A stretch of DNA of 64,000 bases from Patescibacteria group bacterium (GTDB lineage Bacteria; Patescibacteriota; Microgenomatia; UBA1400; PJMF01). Both the position numbers and the translations under genes were made by a program. Where the stretch lies: assembly GCA_049322655.1 (NCBI GenBank), contig JBMORP010000006.1, positions 576,410 through 640,409 of the forward strand. The letters run 5' to 3'. Below are positions 1 through 7,211 of this stretch, one piece after another (positions within the stretch are counted from its first letter, which is position 1; each line of letters opens with the position of its first letter). The notes under the pieces were generated by a model. The model made no database searches, was not told where the DNA came from, and was given only the letters and a program-made list of their open reading frames with translations.

Positions 1-90
1 AATGCCGTGATTGGTTTTGTAGTAATGTTTGCTGCCTACTGGGCCGTTCAAGCTGTCAAAATTATTACTGGCGCTGATATACCTATCTAA
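1..90 (+). CDS. C-terminal fragment of a TrbC/VirB2-like pilin-family small membrane protein (partial; start lies outside the window)
   Basis: Frame-1 translation NAVIGFVVMFAAYWAVQAVKIITGADIPI* matches the conserved C-terminal helix (AIVGxxILxASYxxxxI) of the paralogs at 134-2681 and 35353-35775. Confidence 0.4.
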   Translation, partial: NAVIGFVVMFAAYWAVQAVKIITGADIPI

Positions 91-133
91 AACTAGCTAA
101 AAATAAAAAAAAGTAATAGAATAACCAGATAAA

Positions 134-541
134 ATGAAAAAACTTAACCAATTATTTTTTAGTTTAGCTTTTTTCTTAGCTTCCACTCAAATAGTTAATG
201 CTCAAGGCTCTTCTATTTTCGGTACAATTAAACCTCCAGCCGGGGTTGATAAATATGGCGATATTCAAAGCGGTGGTTTACTCCTTTTTGCCTCAAATGG
301 CATTAGATTGGCCACAACTGTAGCCGGTGTTTGGGTGATGCTTAACTTTATTTTGGCTGGCTGGAAATACATTACTTCTTCTGGTGATAGTAAAGCCGCG
401 AGTGAAGCTTCGACAATGATGACCAATAGTATTATTGGTTTGGCGATTATTGTTGGTTCCTATACCTTAGCAGCGATCGCTGGTTTGGTTTTCTTTGGTG
501 ATGCTACTTATATCTTGAATCCAAAAATTACAGGAGTTTAA
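134..541 (+). CDS. small secreted membrane protein, TrbC/VirB2-like (T4SS pilin-like) family, paralog 1
   Basis: Signal peptide ending VNA-QG, two hydrophobic helices, and a conserved core ITSSGDSKAASEA...IIGLAIIVGSYTLAAIAG shared with the downstream paralogs. Confidence 0.5.
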   Translation: MKKLNQLFFSLAFFLASTQIVNAQGSSIFGTIKPPAGVDKYGDIQSGGLLLFASNGIRLATTVAGVWVMLNFILAGWKYITSSGDSKAASEASTMMTNSIIGLAIIVGSYTLAAIAGLVFFGDATYILNPKITGV

Positions 542-546
542 AAAAC

Positions 547-918
547 ATGCAATTAGCACAAAAAACAACTAATATCGGCGGCTTCACTCCTCCCACTAAT
601 GCTTATAGTCAGGGCTCTAACTCGGCTGCAGGCGCACTGTCAAATCTTGAATTATTTATCTCAAACATTATTGGTTTTATGACTGCTATTGGCAGCGTTT
701 TCTTTGTCATTTACTTTGTTTTGGGAGCTTTTGAATGGATCACTAGTGGTGGAGATAAAGGCAAAGTGGAAAAAGCCAGAAATAGAATGATGAATGGAGC
801 TATTGGCCTAGTTATCTTGGTGGCTTCATATGCCATTATTGGTTTACTTGGTAGCTTTATTGGTCTTGATCTACTTAATCCAGCAGAACAAATTAGACAA
901 ATCTACGGCACAATCTAA
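547..918 (+). CDS. TrbC/VirB2-like pilin-family small membrane protein, paralog 2
   Basis: Conserved motif EWITSGGDKGKVEKARNRM-NGAIGLVILVASYAIIG, two TM helices, 5-nt spacing from the upstream paralog. Confidence 0.5.
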   Translation: MQLAQKTTNIGGFTPPTNAYSQGSNSAAGALSNLELFISNIIGFMTAIGSVFFVIYFVLGAFEWITSGGDKGKVEKARNRMMNGAIGLVILVASYAIIGLLGSFIGLDLLNPAEQIRQIYGTI

Positions 919-922
919 ACTT

Positions 923-1330
923 ATGAAGAAAAAACTCAACACCTTAATCACTACTCTAGCCCTCAGTCTAATGATGGCTTCTCCTGTTGAAGCAGAAATC
1001 ACTAATCCAGTGGTAGAGGGTGGCTTTGGGAGAGGCTCTGATCGAGCGGCTGCCGGCACAACCTTTGCTGAGTATTTTATCTTTTTTTGGAATGCACTCA
1101 TCAGTTTGGGGGCAATCACTGTGATTATCTTTTTTATTTGGGGCAGTATGGAATGGATTACTAGTGGCGGTGATAAAGGTAAAGTGGAAAATGCTAGAAA
1201 TAGAATTACTCAAGCAGTCATTGGCTTAGTAGTCTTAGTTGGTTCTTATGCCATTATTGGTTTCATTGGAGAAATTTTCTTTGGAGAAACCTTTAGTGTC
1301 TTACAAATTAATATTCCAGATCCAAAATAA
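923..1330 (+). CDS. TrbC/VirB2-like pilin-family small membrane protein, paralog 3
   Basis: Start re-assigned to the ATG at 923 (MKKKLNTLITTLALSLMMASPVEA signal peptide); the ORF-track start at 830 overlaps paralog 2. Motif MEWITSGGDKGKVENARNRITQAVIGLVVLVGSYAIIG. Confidence 0.5.
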   Translation: MKKKLNTLITTLALSLMMASPVEAEITNPVVEGGFGRGSDRAAAGTTFAEYFIFFWNALISLGAITVIIFFIWGSMEWITSGGDKGKVENARNRITQAVIGLVVLVGSYAIIGFIGEIFFGETFSVLQINIPDPK

Positions 1331-1332
1331 TT

Positions 1333-1674
1333 ATGTCAAAACTAATCGCAGCCACCGTCGATCTAGCAGGAAAAGCCCAAGGAAATTTACCTGGAGCGGT
1401 TAGTGCCGATCCCCAAAAAAACTTTGGCTCTCTACTTGGCGGTCTAATGGGTGGCATCATGATTATCGCGGCCATTGCGGTATTAATTTATTTACTCTGG
1501 GGAGGCCTAGAGTGGATCAGTAGTGGTGGAGATAAAGGTAAAACCGAAGCCGCAAGAAATAAAATCACACAAGCCGTGATTGGTTTGATTGTTTTGGCTG
1601 CCACCACCGCCATTTTTATGTTACTACAGAACTTTTTGGGTATTTGTGTCTTGAGTTTCGGAGGGAGTTGTTAA
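1333..1674 (+). CDS. TrbC/VirB2-like pilin-family small membrane protein, paralog 4
   Basis: Motif LEWISSGGDKGKTEAARNKITQAVIGLIVLAATTAIF; begins 3 nt after the stop of paralog 3. Confidence 0.5.
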   Translation: MSKLIAATVDLAGKAQGNLPGAVSADPQKNFGSLLGGLMGGIMIIAAIAVLIYLLWGGLEWISSGGDKGKTEAARNKITQAVIGLIVLAATTAIFMLLQNFLGICVLSFGGSC

Positions 1675-1757
1675 AGTTTTTTTGACTATTCTGCCAAATT
1701 CTTGATACAATTAGCAAACAGTTACTTAATAAGGAATAAAAAAATAAAAAGGATCAT

Positions 1758-2162
1758 ATGACAAAAGCCAGAAAATTAGTTATCTCTACAGGAGTTGCTC
1801 TAAGCGGTTTGGCTTCTAGTGTTTTACCAGTGACTGCTGCTACAAGAATCACTGATACCAATGTTGACCCTGGTAAGGGTTTTGCCACTGATTTTGGTGG
1901 GTTGATCAATGGTGTCTTGAGTTTTGTGATGGTGTTAGCTGCTCTCTTGGTCTTTTTGTACCTTATTTGGGGTGGTATTGAATGGATTACTAGTGGCGGC
2001 GATAAAGGTAAAACCGAATCTGCTAGAAACAAAATTACTTCTGCTATTATTGGTTTGATTGTGGTGGCAGCTTCATATGCTATCTTAACTTTAGCTTTGA
2101 ACTTCCTCGGCTTTTCAGATCTTAATGAGGTCTTTAATACCAGAACTATTCAAGGTAAGTAA
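1758..2162 (+). CDS. TrbC/VirB2-like pilin-family small membrane protein, paralog 5
   Basis: Motif IEWITSGGDKGKTESARNKITSAIIGLIVVAASYAIL; N-terminal signal and TM segment. Confidence 0.5.
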   Translation: MTKARKLVISTGVALSGLASSVLPVTAATRITDTNVDPGKGFATDFGGLINGVLSFVMVLAALLVFLYLIWGGIEWITSGGDKGKTESARNKITSAIIGLIVVAASYAILTLALNFLGFSDLNEVFNTRTIQGK

Positions 2163-2184
2163 AAGTACTTGTAAATTGATAAAT

Positions 2185-2215
2185 AAACCCCACATTTTTA
2201 ATGTGGGGTTTTTAG
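2185..2215 (+). terminator. intrinsic terminator after pilin paralog 5
   Basis: Perfect 11-bp stem AAACCCCACAT / ATGTGGGGTTT with a 5-nt loop, followed by a T-run. Confidence 0.6.
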
Positions 2216-2222
2216 TTTCTCA

Positions 2223-2230
2223 TGTATAAT
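2223..2230 (+). promoter_or_regulatory. extended -10 promoter element (TGTATAAT) for pilin paralog 6
   Basis: TGTATAAT lies 32 nt upstream of the ATG at 2262; an AGGAAAAG Shine-Dalgarno sits 6 nt before the ATG. Confidence 0.4.
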
Positions 2231-2261
2231 GCAATTGCCACTAAAAACAGGAAAAGCAGCT

Positions 2262-2681
2262 ATGTTTAAAAAAACTTTCAAGAGAATTTCTATCTTTGTT
2301 TACACAGCATTATTTTTTTTGTACTCAGCTATACCTGTTAAAGCCCAGGGCTCTAGTTGGAGTGGCGTGTGTGTTGACGATACCAACACCGATGTAGCTA
2401 CTCTTCAGGGTTTTCAATGTTTAATCGCCAGGCTATTGGGTAGCTTTTTAACCTTAGTTGGCATTGCGGCTTTTTTGATGTTAGTAGTTGCTGGAGTTAG
2501 AATTTTACTATCTGGAGGAAATTCTCAAGCAATAGAAAAATCAAAAAACTCAGTGACTTTTGCTATCGTCGGTCTAATTGTAGCCCTAAGTTCTTTTGTC
2601 ATTCTAAACTTACTTTCAGAATTTACTGGAGTAAAAAACATTCTTCAGTTTGTGATCCCTACTTCTGATACTCAGTGGTAA
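2262..2681 (+). CDS. divergent TrbC/VirB2-like pilin-family small membrane protein, paralog 6
   Basis: Start moved to 2262 (MFKKTFKRISIFVYTALFFLYSAIPVKA-QGSS signal peptide) because the 2229 ATG overlaps the -10 box. C-terminal core LSGGNSQAIEKSKNSVTFAIVGLIVALSSFVILNLL follows the family pattern. Confidence 0.45.
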   Translation: MFKKTFKRISIFVYTALFFLYSAIPVKAQGSSWSGVCVDDTNTDVATLQGFQCLIARLLGSFLTLVGIAAFLMLVVAGVRILLSGGNSQAIEKSKNSVTFAIVGLIVALSSFVILNLLSEFTGVKNILQFVIPTSDTQW

Positions 2682-2687
2682 TAAAGG

Positions 2688-3386
2688 CTATTTACCAAAT
2701 CTTCTTTTTCTCGAGTTTAACTCTTTAATGGCTTTTTCTAGTTCTGTTTGATCAAAATCTGGCATTAGTACATCCGTAAAATAAAACTCAGAGTAGTTGC
2801 TTTGCCAAAGTAAAAATCCAGACATTCTTTGTTCACCACTAGTCCTAATAATTAACTCCGGATCTGGCATATCAGCTGTATCTAAGTAGGTTGAAAACTG
2901 TGCGGTAGTTAATTTTTCGGCGGCTAACTTACCAGCCTTTACTTCTCTAGTTATTTTTTCGACTGCTCGTAGAATTTCATCTCTACCACCATAATTAAGT
3001 GCAATATTTAAAGTTAAGTTGGTATTATGCTTGGTTTTTTCTTGCCATAAGCTAATGTTGTCTTGAATATCTTGGTCAAATTTCGTTAGGTCACCCAAAG
3101 TATTAACCCTTACTCCCTCTTTGGCTAGTTTTTCTGCTTGGTGTTTAAAGATGTTTCTAAAAATATCCATCAAGGCTTTAATTTCTCTGGGCTCACGATC
3201 CCAATTTTCTGTACTAAAAGCCCACAAAGTTAGATACTTAATTTTCAAATCAAGAGCTGCTTTAACCACTCGTTCAATACCTTCATTAGCCATTTTTTGA
3301 TGACCAACAATCACATCAAGGCCTCTTTTTTTAGCCCATCGTCTGTTGCCATCCATAATAATTGCGACATGCTGTGGTATTTGCAT
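2688..3386 (-). CDS. uppS: undecaprenyl-diphosphate synthase (isoprenyl transferase)
   Basis: N-terminal HVAIIMDGNRRWAKKRGL and C-terminal RFG motifs typical of cis-prenyltransferases (UppS). Confidence 0.85.
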   Translation of the reverse strand: MQIPQHVAIIMDGNRRWAKKRGLDVIVGHQKMANEGIERVVKAALDLKIKYLTLWAFSTENWDREPREIKALMDIFRNIFKHQAEKLAKEGVRVNTLGDLTKFDQDIQDNISLWQEKTKHNTNLTLNIALNYGGRDEILRAVEKITREVKAGKLAAEKLTTAQFSTYLDTADMPDPELIIRTSGEQRMSGFLLWQSNYSEFYFTDVLMPDFDQTELEKAIKELNSRKRRFGK

Positions 3387-3476
3387 AAACTTCCCTTTTT
3401 AAACTATTGAATATTAGTCGTAAAAAAACTTAAAAACCTACAACCAGTTTTTTTATTTTATTACCAGAGGTAAATC

Positions 3477-5720
3477 ATGATACAATGCAGTTTATCTATG
3501 GATAGTCGTTACGATCATCAACACCAAGAAAAAAAACTCTATGAAGCTTGGGAAAAAGCTGGCGTTTTCAGTCCTAAAGAGAACTCAAGTAGTAAAACTT
3601 TTACTATTATGATGCCTCCTCCCAATGCTAATGACCCATTACACATTGGCCACGCAATGTTTTTGGCTATAGAGGACATTTTGATTCGTTATCATCGCAT
3701 GCTTGGAGATGAAACCCTTTGGCTGCCAGGTACAGATCATGCTGGTATAGAGACTCAATTTGTTTTCGAAAAAAAACTTAAGAAAAAGGGTCAAAGTCGT
3801 TTTCAATTTGACCGAGATACTCTTTACCAAATGATTTGGGACTATGTTCAAGAGAACTCTGATGTAGCTGTTGACCAGATGAAAAAAATTGGTGCCAGTG
3901 CAGATTGGTCGCGCTTCACTTTTATGCTTGATAAACAAGTGGTCAAACAAGTTTTAGAAACTTTTATTAAGCTGCATCAAGATGAATTACTTTATCGTGA
4001 TGAACAACTCGTTAATTACTGCACCCACTGTGGTACTAGTTTTTCAGAGTTAGAAGTTGTTTATCAAGATCAAGTTTCACCCCTCTACTACGTCAGATAT
4101 CCCCTAGTTAAAAATCCTAATGAGTTTCTTACTGTCGCTACAGTTAGGCCAGAACCAATTTTTGCTGACACTCACTTGGCTGTTAACCCCACAGATAAAA
4201 AACACCAACATTTAATCGGCGAAAAAGTTTTAAACCCACTAACCAATGAAGAAATGGAAATTATTGGGGATGAGTTTGTCGATCCAGAGTTTGGTACCGG
4301 AATTGTTAAACTTACTCCAGCTCATGATGCTAACGACTTTCAAGTTGCTCAAAAAAATAATTTACCAATGTACCATGCCATCAACCTTGAAGGAAAAATC
4401 ACTGCTAATGGGGGTAAATATGCTGGTATGAAAGTTAAAGCTGCTAGGGATGAAGTGGTTAAAGATTTACAAACAAAAGATCTGATCGAAAAAATTAACG
4501 AAAAATATACCAATAGAGTTGGCACTTGTTATAGATGTAAAAGACCGCTTGAACCACTCCTTCTTCCCCAGTTTTTTATCAGAGTTAAACAATTAACCAC
4601 CCCAATTTTGGAGGACTTAAAAAACAAAAAGTTCACTGTTCATGGTGCTGGCTTCGATAAAATCTTAAAACACTGGCTAGAAAACCTCAAAGACTGGAAT
4701 ATCTCCCGCCAAATAGTCTGGGGAATCAGAATTCCTGTTTGGTATGATGTTGAAAAAAATCCAGACATTATTGTTAGTTTTTTAAATGAAAATCAAGAAA
4801 AAGTTACAGGAAAACTAGCTGAGTTTTTAACCAAAGGAATAAGCCTAGAAACAATTAACCAAGGTTTACAAGAATTGAGAGCACCTATTGGTGCAAAATT
4901 CACTGTTAGTATTGATTCTCCAGGAAAAAACTTTATTCAAGAAACAGATACTTTTGATACTTGGTTTAGCTCTGCTCAATGGCCTGTAACAACGCTAAGA
5001 AAAAATCCCCAAGATTTTACCAAATTCTACCCTACTCAAGTCATGGAAACTGGTTATGACATTTTACCCTTTTGGGTGATGAGAATGTTAATGATGGGTA
5101 AATATATTACCGGCAAATTACCCTTTAATGACATTTATCTCCACGGCCTAGTTAGAGATCAAAAAGGCCAAAAAATGAGTAAAAGTAAGGGCAATGTAGT
5201 CAATCCACTGGACATAGCCGAAAAATACGGATCTGACGCTCTTAGGATGGCTTTAGTTATCAGATCATCTGCCGGTTTAGATAAATCTGTAGGCGAACCA
5301 GACTTTAAAGCAATGAGAAACTTTTCCAATAAAATCTGGAATGCTTCTAGATTCATTCTTGAATACTTAGATTTATCTCAAGAAGGAAATCCAAAAAACA
5401 ACCAAGAATTTATTGACAAATTAAACCAAGCAACTAAACAAATCACTGCTAATTTAGAAAAATTTCAGCTTGGACTTGCAGCAGAGACAGTTTATAACGA
5501 GTTTTGGCATTGGTTTTGTGACGAACAAATTGAACTAGCTAAGACTGGTAAGGTTGGTGGCAAACAGTTGATTACTGGACTGAAAACATTTTTAGGTCTT
5601 CTCCACCCGTTTGTCCCTTTTGTCACTGAAGCAGTCTGGCAAGAGTTGAAAAATAAGCAACTAAGCACAACAAAGTTGCTAATTACCTCTTCCTGGCCAA
5701 CTAAAAACTTGGCAGAATAA
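3477..5720 (+). CDS. valS: valyl-tRNA synthetase (short form lacking the C-terminal coiled coil)
   Basis: Class I aaRS signature PPPNANDPLHIGHA (HIGH) and KMSKSKGN (KMSKS). N-terminal region is collinear with ValS (TLWLPGTDHAGIETQ). Confidence 0.75.
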   Translation: MIQCSLSMDSRYDHQHQEKKLYEAWEKAGVFSPKENSSSKTFTIMMPPPNANDPLHIGHAMFLAIEDILIRYHRMLGDETLWLPGTDHAGIETQFVFEKKLKKKGQSRFQFDRDTLYQMIWDYVQENSDVAVDQMKKIGASADWSRFTFMLDKQVVKQVLETFIKLHQDELLYRDEQLVNYCTHCGTSFSELEVVYQDQVSPLYYVRYPLVKNPNEFLTVATVRPEPIFADTHLAVNPTDKKHQHLIGEKVLNPLTNEEMEIIGDEFVDPEFGTGIVKLTPAHDANDFQVAQKNNLPMYHAINLEGKITANGGKYAGMKVKAARDEVVKDLQTKDLIEKINEKYTNRVGTCYRCKRPLEPLLLPQFFIRVKQLTTPILEDLKNKKFTVHGAGFDKILKHWLENLKDWNISRQIVWGIRIPVWYDVEKNPDIIVSFLNENQEKVTGKLAEFLTKGISLETINQGLQELRAPIGAKFTVSIDSPGKNFIQETDTFDTWFSSAQWPVTTLRKNPQDFTKFYPTQVMETGYDILPFWVMRMLMMGKYITGKLPFNDIYLHGLVRDQKGQKMSKSKGNVVNPLDIAEKYGSDALRMALVIRSSAGLDKSVGEPDFKAMRNFSNKIWNASRFILEYLDLSQEGNPKNNQEFIDKLNQATKQITANLEKFQLGLAAETVYNEFWHWFCDEQIELAKTGKVGGKQLITGLKTFLGLLHPFVPFVTEAVWQELKNKQLSTTKLLITSSWPTKNLAE

Positions 5721-5725
5721 TAATC

Positions 5726-6151
5726 ATGAGATTACTCTCTTATTTCAGTTTAGTGGGCAAGCTATTTTTTTCTTTAGTTTATTACTTGTGTTTGTTTTTT
5801 TTAGAGAAAATTTTTGCTAATAAATTTTTTTTGATAACTAATAGTTTGCTCACTGGACTGGCTTTGCTGCTTTTATTAGTTATTTTTCAAACACCAGACT
5901 TTATTCCCCCTCCTGAACCAAAAATCTTACCCATTAATAAAACTGACCAAGTAAAAACAGTTAAGCTTTCCCAACAAGAAGCCCACCTACTTTTACAAGC
6001 CAATTTAATTCCCAGCATTGAAGAAAATGTTTCTCAAAAATACTATTTAAACTTAGCCAACTTAAATCTCATTGCTAGTGATAAACAAAAAGCGGACTAC
6101 TTTTTAAAAATAGCCCGCTATATAAATCCAAATACTAGTTTTATTGAATAA
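5726..6151 (+). CDS. hypothetical membrane protein
   Basis: ORF with two predicted hydrophobic helices and no recognizable motif. Confidence 0.3.
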   Translation: MRLLSYFSLVGKLFFSLVYYLCLFFLEKIFANKFFLITNSLLTGLALLLLLVIFQTPDFIPPPEPKILPINKTDQVKTVKLSQQEAHLLLQANLIPSIEENVSQKYYLNLANLNLIASDKQKADYFLKIARYINPNTSFIE

Positions 6152-6154
6152 AAA

Positions 6155-6820
6155 TTATTCTCCAGCCTCTTTATTACCTTCTGTAGAAGCTGTTTCACCA
6201 CCTTCAGTTTTATTTTCAGGAGTCTCTTCTCCAGTAGTTTCGGTAGCTGGTTCTTCTTCAACTTCAGCTCTTTGCTCTTGAACAATAATTAGCGGTTCGT
6301 CCTCTCCTTCTTCTCCAAGCACCAGGGTAACTTTTTCTCGATCAATTTTTAAATCTTTATAGGTGATAGTTTGACCTATTTCAGTTAAATCTTCAGCCGA
6401 AAAAACAAAGTTTTCTGGCAGATCTGTTGGTAGAGCTTCAACTTCGACAGCATTCTTGACCATTACTAGTACCCCACCTGGGACATTAAACTCACCTTCA
6501 ATTTCAACTGGAATCTCAGCAGAAATTTTCTCTTTCAAACTAACTTGTTGAAAAGCTACATGAGAAACCTTAGCAGAAATTGGATCTAGTTGTACTTCGG
6601 CAATCAACACCGGTCTGGGTTTCTTTTCTCCCTCAACCGTCAAATAAACCAAACTACTTTCACCAGCCTCATCATAAAGCTTGACAAAGCTTTGGTAGTT
6701 CATCTCGACTGCTTTTGATTCTTTTTCACCATAAACGTTAGCTGGAATCAACCCCATTTTTCTAATTTGTTTGGGTTTTTTAGTTGATCTCTCAGTAACT
6801 GAGAATTTCATTTGTGTCAT
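6155..6820 (-). CDS. rplY: 50S ribosomal protein bL25 / general stress protein Ctc with acidic low-complexity C-terminal tail
   Basis: MTQMKFSVTERSTKKPKQIRKMGLIPANVYG is the bL25 N-terminal signature. Start trimmed to the internal ATG at 6820. The tail is rich in E/T/G. Confidence 0.7.
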   Translation of the reverse strand: MTQMKFSVTERSTKKPKQIRKMGLIPANVYGEKESKAVEMNYQSFVKLYDEAGESSLVYLTVEGEKKPRPVLIAEVQLDPISAKVSHVAFQQVSLKEKISAEIPVEIEGEFNVPGGVLVMVKNAVEVEALPTDLPENFVFSAEDLTEIGQTITYKDLKIDREKVTLVLGEEGEDEPLIIVQEQRAEVEEEPATETTGEETPENKTEGGETASTEGNKEAGE

Positions 6821-7211
6821 TTTACCTTTCAACGTTGTTGTTTTTAGTTTTCTTTTAAACCAGGCGTACATTGTACCACACCCAAGTCGAGTTATCTTTG
6901 CTATCAAAAGATATCAAACTAGTTTTTTAATAGCCATATATTTTTTAATTGAATTATCAATCTAAAGTATCTTTTTTATCTTTAAAACACGTGAAAATAA
7001 TCTGACATTTAAATGACACGAAACTGACATAAAACTGACAAACAATCAGTTTACTTGAGAAAAAAAGTTTTTCACAGCCAGACCTCAATTCCTCTAACAA
7101 TAAAAAACTAATTAATGAACTTAAAATTGTAGTTTTTTTTAAAAATAAAGATAAGTAAAAAATTAATTATTTTTTTATAAAGTTGTGAATAAAATGTGGA
7201 TAAATAAAAAA

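Noticed and set aside
871-1213. Minus-strand ORFs 871-1119 and 968-1213 antisense to the pilin paralogs
   Set aside because: They lie entirely within well-supported plus-strand genes, have no RBS or motifs, and are typical antisense artefacts.
830-1330. ORF-track model of pilin paralog 3 starting at 830 and overlapping paralog 2 by 89 nt
   Set aside because: The first 31 codons overlap paralog 2 out of frame and lack any signal peptide. The ATG at 923 gives the signal peptide MKKKLNTLITTLALSLMMASPVEA and sits right after the paralog 2 stop.
7195-7203. Perfect DnaA box TGTGGATAA as a sign of a second origin
   Set aside because: It is a single isolated box with no neighbouring boxes and no adjacent dnaA. 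The clustered boxes in the dnaA-dnaN spacer are a far better oriC candidate.
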